Assembly (NCBI RefSeq): GCF_963921235.1
Contig: NC_086097.1
Span: 84,384,001 to 84,448,000, forward strand
DNA length: 64,000 nt
Source of the DNA: Mobula hypostoma
Taxonomy: Eukaryota
Direction: 5' to 3'
A program made the translations under genes and the position numbers. The notes beneath the pieces were generated by a model. That model did no database searches, was not told where the DNA came from, and saw only the letters and a list, made by a program, of their open reading frames with translations. The first letter of the stretch is position 1. The number at the start of each line of letters is the position of its first letter. Positions 1 through 14,338 of the stretch are shown here, one piece after another.

Positions 1-1869
1 TTCTGCAGATGCTGCTTGTTTGGCTGAATTTTTCCAGAATTCCTTTATTTTTGTTTTTATTAACGATTATTTTATTGTTCCTCCAAATCAGTAAGGTTTC
101 TCAAATGAAGAGCAAAAATGTGTTCCTTGCAAGGCACTCTGCAAGTTTAACCCTTTACGCTGCATACCCACAATCCCACCTTTGGTCACCCACTGCCTCC
201 TCCCCAGATGGAAAACAATGGTCTCTGTCAGCCATTTGGCTGATTCTTTGTATCCCCATCTCCGATGATCTTATAACTTTAAAATAAGTCGGAAGAAAGC
301 TTTCTGATGCCTTTGCTGTTCTCCCAGGATTTCCAGCAGTGACCCAATTTCTGAAGGCTGCTGGACTGTTGGCAACGAAAGCCTTTGAGAAATCGAGCAC
401 CCAATGCAAAGAATTGAATTTTGTTTAAACCTGTTCAGTAACTTCAGTGAATAAGCTTTCCTAATGACTAGATATTTTTCCTCAGAGCTAACAAGATTGC
501 CTAATTCCTACTCTGATATCAAATATGTTCTCTCTTGTGCTATTCCATCAAGTTAAACATTTAATTAAAAGAACTTTCTTTGATCATATCATTCAGCACC
601 AAGTGATTTTTGTTTCTACACCCCCCACCCCCCACCATTTGAAACTCAAATTAAAAAATATACTTGCTCAAGTGTTTGGCAAGACTAACTTCTGACCTTG
701 TACTTTTATTGAAGATTACACTGCCTGTAACTCAGCAATTGGTATGTAACAGTAGGATTCAACAAGCTTCTCTTGTTAGGTGAACTGGGGATTTTAGAAC
801 ACTGTTTTCATTGGTCATTAATTTAGAATTGTTACACTGTGAGATATAATTCAATCAATGCATAAAAGCTCACTATTGTTTGACATAATGGGAAATCAGC
901 AGGATAGCATTGGCACATTTCAAGTCTGTCTCGTATAACCTTTCCTCTATGATGTCCTTGTATCTGATCTGAAAATAAATAATTGCTCATGATGCGCGTA
1001 CTGGGGGAATATCTTAATTTTCTGGATTTCTTTATTTACACATCTCCAAGCTCTTTAAAATCTTGCTCTGTTTAAATTCACTATTATCTCATTGTAGAAA
1101 TCTGTCTTGTTATAGGCACTAGACTATTGAACCATGCTTCTGAGATTGTCCTCACTGATGTTGATGGAACCAAATTCGGAAAGAGTTCAATGGGCATATA
1201 TTACTGTATCAAGTATGTATTACAAACCATGGAAGGTGAATTTCTGCACCATGTTTTCTAATGGATTTGGCACAGTTTGAAATGGAGTGCACCATGTGTT
1301 CTGTTCTGTTCTCTAGGATACCTGGTGTTGATGTGAATGGTGTGGAAGCTATAGAACTAAACACTTTGCTGTTCTTGACTTAAGAGATGCCAATGCCATT
1401 TAGTTTTTGGTAGTTCTAGCTTACATAGAGCGAGGCAGGTGGTTTGGTACATATTTTAATTACTGGTCCTTCTTGGGTTACAAACACCCTTTGCATAAGA
1501 ACGATTGTTTAGAAGACCGGCAGGATGGTGAGAACAGATTTGCTCCCTAATGTGCTGCTGGCATCTTCTGCTAGGTGGGAATATGGAGTTTTGTAATAAT
1601 CAGAGGCTAAGTTGAGCTGAGCACAGTCGTGTGCTTATTCAGAGTCACTGAGACTGGCTGGCACCCACTCTTCAAGCACCCACTTGTTCTCCAATCAGAG
1701 TTGTTTCTCTGATGCTGTCCCATGCACTCTTCTTGTTCATTTCTGACTAATGAACAGTTTAGGTGATGGTCAATTCTCAGGAATGGAACCCTGTCCTAAC
1801 CTGGAGACTGCCTGTTGAGAGTTCAATAGGATAAGCATCTATTTATTTCTGGGAAATGAAAATAAAAAA

Positions 1870-2075
1870 AAATGCAGATGCTAGATAATGGAAAATAAAA
1901 GCAAAAACGGCTGGAAATGTTCTGCTGCTCAGTCAGCATCTGTAGAGCTAATATTTCAGAATAGTCATTCATGTTCTGATAACACATGTATGGTCTGAAA
2001 TATAAACGGTTTACATTTCCATTTATGTTTACTGACCTGCTGAGTGTTTCAAGCATATCCAGCTTCTGTCTGTTC
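1870..2075. mobile_element. Old Penelope-like terminal relic in inverted (fold-back) arrangement
   Basis: aatgcagatgct...ctggaaatg...cagcatctg on one side and gacctgctgagtgtttcaagcat on the other; degenerate version of the PLE terminus seen elsewhere in the window. Confidence 0.5.
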
Positions 2076-2239
2076 ACCCACTGGTCAGAGGGTTCCTTTG
2101 GTAATAACTGCTCCAAATGGTTATGAACGAATGCCTACCACTGATCCCTTCCTCTGTGCACATTCGGCTAACAAGTCACTTGGATACCAAGGCAAAGGTC
2201 CCACACTCAGACCTAAGTTCTATAGCGTTGAATTAGTTG

Positions 2240-2392
2240 AACGCATGTTATCCCGTGGTAGTGTGATGATGTATGTGATTAACATATTATACATATAACC
2301 CATAATTAATTATTTAAATGAACTCGAATGCTTAATTAACATATATATTATAACATTATTCAAGTATTATTGAAATAATTAAATACATAACA
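2240..2392. mobile_element. Partial copy of the short LTR-like element at 7639-7873
   Basis: Shares tacatataac, gaatgcttaat, caagtattat and aaataca..aca with 7740-7873. Confidence 0.6.
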
Positions 2393-3719
2393 GAAGTCTT
2401 ATGACTTAAGTGTGAGAATTCCTTGAAAATTTTATGTGCAGTAAAGGTCAGATTATATTGTGGCAAAGTATGATTATCTTTATGCTAATACATTGTGACT
2501 TTTCCAAACTGATAGGGCAGTGAAAGCAATTTAACTTAATGCATGTCCAACACAGTGCCATCGTATCCATCTCCTTTGTTCTAATCTGATTTTCTGCATT
2601 GCATTTCTCCTCTTCCCTGTTCTGAGACCTTGATTGCTTGACTAAGATGGGAGGCTGATGTTACCAAGTAGCTCCTGGTAACACTCCCATTTAGCCTCAC
2701 CTAAAGAATCCATTCAACCCATTGTGTCAGCACTGGTTGGAAAAACAGGTACTCTGTCTGAGGTCCACCTTGCAGCACCAGCTCAATATCACGGCTCTTC
2801 ATGTGCACTTCTAACTTACTTTTTAAATGTGGTGAGGGTTTCTCCCAATATCATTCCTTCAGATTGCGTCCTGTCACCCTTTGGGTCAAAGTAATTTCTC
2901 AACTCCTTTCTAATTACTATTAATATATCCTGCCTGCTTGTTTGAGCCTTAACAATAGGTGCCAGTGGGCAATGTGACTTTATATTCAAGATGATGGGCA
3001 AACACAGGATTGATACGACCAGGAACAAAACAGCAGAACAAAGATTGAGGTTAAGGACTGAACAGTGTCTCATCTCTTATACACAGCGAATCCATGTAGT
3101 GTGGGAATTTGTACCCAATGATTGACCTTTTGTAGAATGATTCTAAAGTAAGCCATTGTTTATCAAATGACAAATAAGATTTTGCATGATAATCTTTATG
3201 AATTTGTAATAGGTGGAGACTTGGGGGAGCTGAGATAAATGGAAAAGATCATCACCCTTGATTAAGAAGGTACAGTTGTGTTTGCTAACACAGTAGTAAT
3301 GGTAAAAATTAGATTTGTCTTTATGGGCTACAGCTGCCTCAGTACTTGAACCTGTTTATCAAGCAATGACACCAGAGTAGAAAGGAGTGGTACAAATGTG
3401 TGTACCTGTTTTGTTTTACACATTGGTCCTGCAGGACCAATTTCCACATGCCAAATAGATGTTACGCTAGTATATTATTGCCAAGCTAAACTCAGAAAAT
3501 AAAACAGCCATGCCTACCTGCAGCATACCCTAAACAATACTAGGGTAAGGGCTGGTCTGTGGTAAGTAACATTCAACCACAGGAATTCCATCTGTGACCA
3601 TTAGCAACATAAGAGTGTGTAGTGATCTATTCTTGGCTGTTCAGATGCATCACCATCACCCAGTCCATCAATGTCCTGGGGACAGTATTGTCAGTGCTAC
3701 AGCCGGAAGACCAAGTAAT

Positions 3720-4340
3720 GTCAAGCACCTTTGTTCCATCTGCAATAAGCAGGATTTTCCAGTGGTGAACTATTTGAATTCAGATCCCCATTCCCATGCC
3801 GACATGTTGGTCCATGTACACTATTGCCACGATGAGGCAACTCTCGGGTTGGAGAAGCCACACCTCATATTCCACCTGGGTAGCCTCCAACCTGACAGTA
3901 TAAACGTTGAATGCTCTAACTTCTGATAATTTCTCCCCACCCTCCCCTTTTCCCCTTCTCTCTTTTTTCCATTCTGACTCCCCTCCTTCTCCTTCTCTTT
4001 TCACCTTGCCTATCACCTCCCTTTGGTCACCCTTCCCCCCGCTTCCTATTTTCCCATGGTCCACTCTCCTCTCCTATCAGATGAAATCTTCTTCAGCCCT
4101 TCACCTCTTCCATCTATCACCCCCCCACCACCCAGCTTCTCACTTCATCCTCCTCACCTGGCTTCACCTAACACCTAACTTGTGCTGCTTCCACTTCCTC
4201 CCACTTTATTCTGGCTTCTTCCCCCTTCCTTTTCAGTCCTGTTGAAGGGTCTCAGCCCGAAATGTCGACCTTATTCCTTTCCATATGCTGCCTGATCTGC
4301 TGAGTTCCTCCAGCATTTTGTATGTGTTACTCTGGATTTC
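3720..4340 (+). mobile_element. Penelope-like element 3' fragment (GIY-YIG C-terminus, pyrimidine-rich region, hammerhead-bearing terminus)
   Basis: ORF 3594..3926 ends HLCSIC..FPVVNYLNS..HSH..EATLGLEKPHLIFHLGSLQPDSINVECSNF. Followed by cagtcctgttgaagggtctcagcccgaaatgtcgac and gctgcctgatctgctgagttcctccagcattttg. Confidence 0.85.
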
Positions 4341-4765
4341 CCGAATCTCTGGTGTTTGTGGAAGACGAAGTACAGTATCCTGTGATTCACTTCCCTATTT
4401 TACCCTTGACTTACCTGATTGAGCTCAGCTCCTTGACTGCCTGAAGCTCAACACCACCCAAAAGAAAGCCAATTTCATTGGTATCCCCTCACAATCCCAA
4501 CCAGTTGCTCTCTCCATTGCTGGCACACCATGGCTGCAGTGTAAGCCATCCACAGTCAAGCACAGCAGCTTGTCAAAGCCTGTCTGTCTGACAGCTCTTC
4601 CCAAATCCCTGACCTCTGCCGTCAGAAAGCAGATGTGGAAATGCCATCTCCAGTAGCTGCCTCCCCTTGACACACACCCTCCTGACAAAAATATTGTTAT
4701 TCCTGTTGAGCATAAATCCTGAACCACCAACCCCACCCCCTCCACTATGCCAATGGGTAACCTTC

Positions 4766-5447
4766 ATTAGATTAGATTATGAGGACACTCAGTCCTCGTT
4801 TATTGTCATTTAGAAGTGCATGCATTAAAAAATTATACAACGTTCCTCCAGAATGATATCACAGTAAAACACAGGACAAACCAAGACTAAAACTGACAAA
4901 ACCACATAATTATAACATATAGTTACATCAGTGCAAAGCAATACCTTACTTTGATAAAGAGCAGACCATGGGCACGGTTAAAAAAAATCTCAAAGTCCCG
5001 ATAGACTCATCATCTCATGCAGGCGGCTGAAGGGAGAAACTCTCCCCGCCATGAACCTCCAAGCTCCAGCAACTTGCCGATGCAGCACCATTGGAAGCAC
5101 CCGACCACAGCGGACTCTGAGTCTGTCTGAAAACTTTGAGCCTCTGACCAGCCCCTCCAACACAGCCTCTCCAAGCACCATCCTCTGCCGAGTGCTTCAA
5201 CCCTGCCCCAGCCACCGAGCAACAAGCAAAGCCGAGGACTCGGGGCCTACTCCTCCGGAGATTCTGGACCACACAGTAGCAGCAGCAGTGAAGCAGGCAT
5301 TTCAGAAATTTCACCAGATGTTCCTCCATACTCTCACATCCGTCTCCATCAAATCAGGATTATGCACAGCACCCTACTTGACAAATAACAGATATCACCA
5401 CCGGAGTGGCCGCTGCGAGCTGTGTTGCGTCGCCATCTTCTCCTCCC
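4766..5447 (-). mobile_element. Non-autonomous LINE-derived (SINE-like) element with (AATCT)n tail
   Basis: The minus strand starts ggaggagaagatggcg (YY1-like CGCCATCTT at 5431) and ends aatgacaataaacgaggactgagtgtcctc(ataatct)(aatct). Relatively CpG-rich, with no credible ORF. Confidence 0.65.
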
Positions 5448-7638
5448 GCCTATACTGCAGAAGTTCAAGGGAAGGCCAAAAAGGTTGGCCACATTTTCTA
5501 GCGTTGCTCATTTCCTATACATCAAGTAAAAGCAGGCTATTTTGGAGAAGTGTGTGGAGAGTGATTACTGCTGAAGGTGACAGAGACCTACATTTCTTAT
5601 GTTTTAGTGCATCCTGTCTTATCTGCTCCTCCAAAGGACATGTTCAACTCTTGTTGCTGCATAAAGTTGGATACCCATCTCCAGTTTGTTCTCAAAATGG
5701 CAGCTGGAGTCACCTCAGCCCCATTTTCAATATAGAAAAAGGGTCTGTCACAAACAGGCAGATAGCTAAGCTGCACATCGGTACAGCTTTTCGGCATGCA
5801 GTTGAAATGTAGGGAGCAAAATGAGCACCCTGCCTTACTTTTGGAGAACTGTCACTGCATCTCATCACATGGAGCAGTGAAAACCCACCCCCTCCCATAT
5901 TTAACAAAACGAATGAGTGGCGTGGTGGGTTTATGTTGGAAAGTAAAAAAAAAAGCAACAAAACATTGTCAATTATGCTACATCATGCGTTTGAAGCCAA
6001 AACTAACCTTGAGGCTATTTCTTAACTATTCCTTCGCAGAAATAAGTTACAGAGGTCAAGCTTCCAGATCCCCCCCATCCGATGAAAATATTCCTTTTGT
6101 TATGAAGAACCGGGAGGGAGAATTCACTCCTCCACAATGCCTCCACCATAAATTTAGGAATTGTGGATTATTTTTGGCACAATTATGCCACGTGGAGAGT
6201 TTATGAAGATGAATTTTGAAACAATTCCATTCAAAGCATTTCTTAAGTATGCACATCTTTTCCCATAAAGCTGATGGTGCTTATACAAAAGAGGGAGCTT
6301 AGCAACAGAGCAGAGTACAGTATCATATTAGGTTGGCTTGTTGTGACTAGGATTGGATGATTCCAGATGCAGTTAGTACTGCTGTGGGTGAGATTATCCA
6401 GGCTGCAGAGACATTTGATTTCACCATGAGCTAAAACCCTGGATGTTAAGAGTCCATTCAAAATATATTTAAATACAAACAAGATGTAGGAAAGGGGAGA
6501 CTGCTGCCTTCAAGCAAAGTTTAAAACGAGATGCTTTTTCTTTCCTTAAAATGGAAGACAGATTTGTAAAGTTAAGAAAAACTCTGTATTTATGAATGAC
6601 TTGCTTCACAAATATTGCTTAGTGGGTTTGTTTCAGCCATCGAGGCCTCAGAGAAAGAAGAAAGACTTGCTTTTGTACAGTGCCTGGTCACCCTTCAGTA
6701 TGTCACAGAGTGCATTGTAATCAATGACAAACTCTGCTGCATGAATCAGGGTTCTGTCCTTTCAGTAGTTAATATTAAAGGAGATTTTGTCATAAATTTC
6801 TGCTAATGTGCAAATTGTATGTATCATCACAAAGACATATTATTTCTGTGCTCTAACAAAACGGAAAATAGTAGAAAAACTCAGGAGGTGGTGGTTGTGG
6901 AGATAGAGATAATTAAAGTTTCAGATTTCGAGTATTTGGATTTTTAAGAAAAGTTCTTCTATGTTTCATGTTCAGGAAGTATTGAGAAGACCTGGGGAAC
7001 TGTGAGCACCACTTTTGGAGGTTAATCTGGCAGTGTTGTCCTGCCTGTGCTAAGTGTTCAAATTTTCTTTGCTCTGGTATTTGGAATGATACACCACAGC
7101 CAAATCTTGCAGGTCTGGTTACTAATTTCACGGATTTTATGGGATGCTTGTGACCATGTGCTCTATGTAGAATTGTTCCATATAGTTCCGTATAGAATTG
7201 GGGAGCTTTTGCCACATGGAAGCTGAGCATTTAGCCAGATTGGTCCTGTTAGAGTTTAATTTTTTTTAAAAAATTAGAGATGCAGGACGGTAACAGGTCC
7301 TTCCAGTCCAATGAGCCTGCACTGCCCAATTGCACCTCTGTGAACTAGATCTCATACAAGGTTCCCACCTTGCCTTGTCTATTCTTGTTTGATCACATGA
7401 CAGTTCCTCTTGCAAGTGTGTACACTCAACTACTTCTTTTATAAATGAGTACCATATCCTCTCCACTTGCTGTAAAACAGCTTCCCTCAAATTATTTATT
7501 ATATTTCTTCGTGCCTAGCTTACATTTTTTTGATTCTTACTTTTGACTGACTACAGGTTGTGTTCCAAAACAAGAGAGAGCAGTTTTAACTCTTTAAAAC
7601 CCAGAAGGTTATAACTAAGTAGGATTTTGAAAAGGATG

Positions 7639-7873
7639 TGCTATGTTTTGTAACTTCAAAACATTTAACTAATTCAAAAGAAAACATGGGAGTTCGAAAT
7701 GTGAGTCTAACTCTGAATTTAATTTAAGCGAGCCATGCACCTATCATATGGTAGCGCAATGATGTATTTATACATATAACTCATAGTGAATAATTTAAAC
7801 AAACAAGAATGCTTAATCAAACAATGTATATACAAGATTACTCAAGTATTATAGAAATATTAAATACACAACA
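7639..7873. mobile_element. Short solo LTR (235 bp)
   Basis: TG...CA termini (tgctatg...cacaaca) with an exact 5-bp target-site duplication ggatg at 7634-7638 and 7874-7878. Confidence 0.75.
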
Positions 7874-10800
7874 GGATGGATTAATTTTTCGTAGACTAAT
7901 TCCGGTTCTTCTTTATAATCAGTGTGCCAGATATCATCGTCTTTGTATGGTAAATCTGGATAAAATTTCACACAGTAGAAAATGATGTGTTAAAGTGATG
8001 GTTTTATAGAAATCAGAGGCAATAGAATATCTATTGTGGTCCTCCATCAGAACTTTACTCAGAATGGAGTTAATAACTGGGCATGTTTTGGTTAACTGAA
8101 AACCTGGCAAAGATTTTAGCTTCAATTTTTCTTATAAAGGGCATTGAATGTCTGACGTTATTCTCAGATTTGAATGAAAATGATTATATTCATGGAAGGT
8201 CAAGGTGCAGAATGCAGCTATTTGGCCCGTTGTACCATGCTGGCTGATGAAGTGCTTTTCGGCTCTGTTCTATGTTTGGGTCTGCAGTCTTGCAGGTTAT
8301 GGAAAATCAAGTGCTTGTTCAAGTAATTCATAAATGTGACTTTTTATGCCTCTACTCTGCTTTTAGGTAGCATTTCAGAGCACACTCAAACCCACTCACA
8401 CACTCTAGGTGAAAACAATTTTCTGAACACCTTTCTAGTCATTCTATCAATAATTTTAAATATACAGTATAGTCCTGCACTTTCCACCCCCACCCTCCTC
8501 CACTATCAATATGTTGGCCCTTCTGCTTGGAGGAAAAACTTTTCCCAATTGTCTTTACCTTGTCCTTTATTCATAAACCAAATAACTCCAGCCTAGCCAA
8601 ATTAACCTGCGGGGCAGACTCAATAGGCCAAATGGCCTAATTCTGCTCCTATATCTTACCTCGCAGTCTTTTCTGACACATCCTTTGCAACATCCTCCAT
8701 GATGTCATTCTGTACTTCCCCAATGCCAATGCACCCATCCTGGTGCAATGACCAGCCTGGTGATGGGTACTTGTGCAATGACCAGCCTGGAGCATTTTGT
8801 AGTTTGTGTAGGACTTCCCTCTCTTTTGGCCAACAAAGGAATGTTTCTCTGATGCCTCCTTTATCAGCTGCTTGAACTGCTCCTTGGGGATCTATGGACA
8901 TGCATCTATGCTCTCCTTGTCACTCTGTACTTGGTATCCAAGCACTTGTCTTCTTCTTAAAAACAAACCACTGTACTGGAGGTCAGAGAGCCAAACAGTA
9001 TCTCTGGGAGCAGGAACTGGGGGAAGGAAGGAAATATCAATATTTCAGGTTGAAACAATGCATTAGAGTGCTCTGTGTCTTGTTTCCACTCTCCAAGTGG
9101 TCCCAGAATAAGGTCTATTTTGCACTTTTTCTCTTGCTTATCGATCCTTCTGCAGTTTTCCTAACTCTGAACAATGTGGCTAGTTTTTATGACATCATTA
9201 AGCTTCTTAATTGCACTCCCTAATTTATGTTGTTGGGACAGAACCAAATCTATAAAGTCAAGTCTCCACAATTTTCTTCAAATCACACGAGGGGTTTGAA
9301 CCACCAGTTGTCCTGCTTCAGTTTCTAGTGTTCCTATGGTAAGGCATGTGTTCCCACAAACCTACTTCCTCATACAGTGAGACCTTTGCTGAACTGTATA
9401 TTAGCTCCTTTTTGCTGTCTTTCATGTCACTTAGTTCCAAAGAATTTATTGGCTCAAGTCTTCAATATATTCAAAGTTCATAGATAAATCTAGAGGGCAT
9501 AAATTTCGGCTAAGGCGCAAGGGATTTAGAGGTGATCTGAGGAGTAACGCATTCACTCAGACACTGGTGAGTGTCTGGAATACACAGCCCAAGACAGTGG
9601 TGGAAGTGGAGTTGCTGGCAGCATTTAAGAAGCCTCTAGATTCAGATGTATTTATCACCTGTAAAATGTACAGTGAAATGTTTATTTTGCATTATTAACC
9701 AACACACCCAAGGATGTGCTGGGGGTGGGTGGGGGGGGGGGAGTTGCCTGCACGAGTCACCACACATTCTGGCGGCAATATAGGCTACCCGCAATGTTTG
9801 TCAGAACAACATTGAACACAATATTTGAATTGCCAAGGCAAAGAGTGATATAGGCCAGGTGCTGGAGAGTGGGATTGGTATGGATGGATGATCACTGGTC
9901 AACGTGGATGTGGAGTGTCAAATGCCTTGTTTCCATGTTGTATCACTTAGTGAACCAATGACTGGGCTAAAGCTGAGGAGAATTCCAAATTTTCACAACC
10001 CTCTTCATCTAAATTCTGACTCTTGTCCCGAGATCAGACTCTCTGGATGGACGAAAGGTTTACCCTCCACTCAACTGTCCACTCAACACTGTTTGACTGT
10101 GATGCCCTTCACTGTGGAGGATAGGAAATTGCTGAAGTTTCTCAAGATAAAATACGTCAAGCAGATCAACTATTTAGAAAAATAAAAACTCTGGCAGGTA
10201 TCCCACAGAGCCCCTTTTTCAGGTTAATTGTCATTCCAAAGATATTCTAAGGTCTAATTGAAATAGCTTGACACCACAGTTTGGTGGTCTAATTCCTTGA
10301 TATTTTTGGTGGCTTTATCATTGGTAACAGGACGGGGAGCGTTTAACTCTGTTTTGTGTGCAGAATACTAATGTCAGTATCTCTTGCCACTCTGTCCATG
10401 TTAAATCCACTCATGAGAAAGCTTTGAAGTTGGAACGGCCCATGTAAATATATAGCAAGTTACGACATTCTAACATGGTAGTGAAGCTGGAGTCACGGGT
10501 ATTACTTTTGAGTTAATCACTTGTATGTTTCCAAGTCTAGAAACAGTATTTTAATAGTGTCCACCTTCAAGTGGGTTTTAACTTTCCAAATGTCACATGG
10601 AGGATCAGCCGTGATTGAATGGCAGAGTAGACTTGATGGGCCAAATGGCCTAATTCTGCTCCTATGTCTTATGTCTTATGTTATAATGTGAAACCATTTG
10701 TGGACATTGGGAATCGATCTAATCACTGAGATGTATCCTGTCCCGGTTAGTCTCTGTGAATCAATTCTGAAGTACTGAACATAGCATGAATACTGTTACG

Positions 10801-12269
10801 GGGATCAGACACTCTGTGATGGTCAATTCTGCATGGATCAGGTCTTCTGCATTCTTTGGTCATTAATTTTTGCATTCCCTCGAACTGATTGTGATATTGA
10901 ACATTTTGAACAAGACTTTGACGTCACAAGCTTTCATATGAATTGTACAGTTAGCATTTAGAAATGATTAGTGACTTTGGGCTGAAAACTGAAGGGGCAT
11001 TAAAGCAGTACTGCGTAGTTGAATGCACTGTTCTGAGACACCATATGTGTATCATGCATAAAACCCAAGCCCCCCATGCAGTCCAACAGAGCGAGCATAC
11101 TTTCTGCAGTTAAATGTCTTTTCTCTGGTAACAGAGTCAGTGAGGTGGTGAGAGTGGGCTATACTCAGGCTTGCTGCAGGTTGGGAGAATCCTGCATCTG
11201 GAGTGGCTGACTGAGAGTCATGGGGTGTTGGTGGTGATGGTGCTGGTCATTGAGAAGGTATTGGCCTGCTGATCTGTTGGGTGGCGGTTGTTTTTTTTCT
11301 GGGTAGAATCAATCAGGACACCCTGAGTTGCAGTGAGGAGTTGCACTGAGGGCTCTGATGGATTTTTAACAAATGTAAGTATCTGAAAGAGAATCTCTGA
11401 AGAGTGAGTGTGGTAAACACTTAGAAGGGTCCATCCTGGGAGATATCAGGACACGCTCTGCCTTGCTGCAATTAGCCCAGGACTTGCTTATACTTCATAA
11501 TCTTATTGGAATTTTGTGTTAACGTAGGCAGAACCTACATTGCAGGTTACTCAATATTAATGACCATGCCTGGGGGACCTCTGTGCATTCAGGGCAGAGG
11601 ATTCAGAGCACATTCCTGGAAGTGCAAAGCACACGCCTGAATTATTCAACATGTTTAGCAGCCAGGTTTCCATAGAGCACAAAATAGTTATGGTAAATGA
11701 TTGAGTTTTTGGAACGTTGGGTTTTTGGAGCAAACTTAAATTCTTAAGCTAATATTTGCAGGCGATTAGATTAAAATGAGTAATTTTGAATCCAGTAATC
11801 AAAAAGCCAAAAAAAATAGTTGGAGATCAGAAAGAAAAAAGCAAAAATATGTTGGAAATACTCAGCCGGCCCATTGATATTTGTGGGGACAGGAACCATT
11901 TTTAAAGTGAGAGCCTTCCTTCGGACATCCTGTAAACCCCAGGTTTCACTCTTTTGATGAGTTTGGAGTAACGGGTCATGCTGTGAACAACATACTATCT
12001 GTGGAGCTTCCTTCTCTGGGTGTAGTGAGCAGCTCAACTGCTGTCAGAGCTAAATCACAGTGGCAGGTGAATTGTAAGAATATTGCTGGAATCATACACC
12101 CTCATCTTCAGTAATGCCTTGCTCTGCTTCCTAGTAATCAGGGAAATACTATAAAATTAAAATGCATTTATTTTTGAATGAAACAACCCATTTTACCTTG
12201 ACAAATACCTTTGGGAATGAGGTTAGTCCAGGATGTTCCTCTTTCAGTCAAAGATAGCTGACCTCTTGT

Positions 12270-12775
12270 AGAACATAGAATAGTACAGAACAGGACCTTT
12301 AGCCCACAATATTGTGCCAACCTTTTAATCTACTGTAAGATCAATCTAACCCATCCTTCTCATATAGTTCCCTCCCCCCCATTTTCCTATCAACCATATT
12401 CCTATCTAAGAGGTTCTTAAATATCCATAGTGGATCGGCTATTACCACACCTAGCACTGTGTTTCACAGACTTGCCCCTCTCTCTGTGTAAAAGAAAAAA
12501 TGTGTGTGTGTATATTGCCTCTGGCATTCCCTCTGTACCAAGGGTTCCCAACCTTTTTTATGCCTTGGACCACTGCTATTAACCCCAAGTTGGGAACCCT
12601 TGCTCTATACTTTCCTCCAATTCCCCTCATATTAGCTATCTCTGTCCTAGGAAAAGGTCTCTACCTATCCACTCAACCTGTGATTCATATCGTCTTGCAC
12701 ACCTCTATCAAGTCATCTCTCATCCCCTTTTGCTCCAAAGAGGAAAGTCCTAGCTTGCTCAACCTATCCTCTTCA
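12270..12775 (-). mobile_element. Degenerate CR1-type LINE 3' fragment
   Basis: tagaacatagaatagtacag tail; acacctctatcaagtcatctctc and gcttgctcaacctatcctc correspond to the RT C-terminal RLSKLGL/RGDLIEVYK region. Confidence 0.7.
12539..12602. mobile_element. 64-bp hAT (Charlie/Buster-type) MITE
   Basis: Perfect 14-bp TIRs caagggttcccaac/gttgggaacccttg; 8-bp TSD ctctgtac/ctctatac. Confidence 0.85.
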
Positions 12776-14338
12776 GACCCCACCCAGACTGACAAATCTG
12801 CCAGTCCACATTTAAGTCTTTCAAACCCGTTCAGGTATTCCTGCAAAGCAGTGGCCATGTAGAGCAGTCACTATGCTATTCTGGTACTTGAGGTCATGAC
12901 AAGAGCCACAGTTCAATGTAAAGGCTGAGACTGTACAATATTTGAAGTGTATCTTTTTGGTTGATTCCTCGTTGGACTTCATTTGCTACCCACCAGTACA
13001 TGAGGGTCTTGATTTGAAGCCCAGCAGAATGAGGATTTGGGGGCAGTACTCCCATGATCTCTCTGCATTTGCAAGACATTAGTGTCTGAAAGATTTCAAG
13101 GATAACAAGACTCTGGTTAATAGTTTGATCAGCAGAGATTTACTGTGACTGGCAGAATCAGCTGGGTCTTTGTTTATAGCAAGTTCTTGTCCGACTAACA
13201 CAGAGTGTGTTTTCGTTTCTTGGCTATTGCACTCCAATTTCTCGTGATCTTTCAGCTTCCATATTCTCTGTTTTAAAGAGTAAAAAGTGATCTTTATTTT
13301 AAGACTGAAATAAAAGCGGAAGCAAAGCAAAGATGAGAGAATTGGAGAAGTTTTAAATAACTTTGTAACCAAAATAAATTGAAGAGCTCTGAGCTTTACT
13401 TGAAGAGATCAGCCTTCTCTTCTTTGTGATCTGAATAACAGAGTGAATTGGTTGCTGTCTTGGCACCTCGTTCAGTCTTTGTGTGGAACTGGAATTGTTA
13501 GTTGATTGAACCCATGGGAGGAGGGATGTACCTACTTTATAGCAGATGCCAGTAAAATTGACAATGATTTGACTAAGAAGCCTATTCTGTTGTCTCTCCT
13601 GATTTATCATGAATAGTTCAGAGACGAGAGTGGCAGGCTGCTTACTTGTCCAGTATTATGGATGCACTTCTTTTTGCAGATGGTCATGAGCCTCTGGAGG
13701 TATTTACCCTGGAGGACTCTAGATGCTAGATTAGAGGAGGCATTTAAAGAAACATCTTTGAAAGCTTGAGGAACTAAGGACTGTGAGGGATTGGTACAGT
13801 AGGAGATTTGAGGCCTGGGACAGATCAACCATGTTAACTTTGGAGCAAGTTTGAGAGGCATGGTAGTCTACACCTGCTCCCATTTCTGTTGGCAAACTTT
13901 CATTAGAATATTCACCAATATAGAAAAGGCCCTAGTCCTGAATGCTAGCACTGTTTCTTTCCCCACAGCTGCTACCTAACCTTCTGAGTAGCCCAGTTGT
14001 TTTAAAGACATTTCAGATGTCCAGAATCTATAAATTTGATACTTTTTATGTGAGTAATACTATTAAGCTGATTGGAGAGTGTGTGCTTCCATTGCTAAAT
14101 ATTGTCATAATTTGGTCATTTAACCATGAATGATTGTGGTGTCATTTAACCAGGTGAATTTTGATCTGACTTAGAATCATTAAGCCCAGAAATGGCTGAA
14201 GCTTCCAGGAAAGTTCAAGAAAGTTTCTGCATGCGCACACAGTTGAGGGGAACAGTGATAGATCCCACTCTACTGGCAGCACACTGCCATCGTCACCAGA
14301 ATTTGTGCACTTTAAGCTAATTGCATTTTCATGGCATA

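Noticed and set aside
5051..5812. 253-aa ORF
   Set aside because: Runs antisense through a GC-rich retroposon into unique sequence; no recognisable domain or splice context.
8743..8790. 18-bp direct repeat gtgcaatgaccagcctgg twice, 12-nt spacer (CRISPR-like look)
   Set aside because: Only two units, the spacer is too short, there are no cas genes, and the context is a vertebrate intron. It is a simple local duplication.
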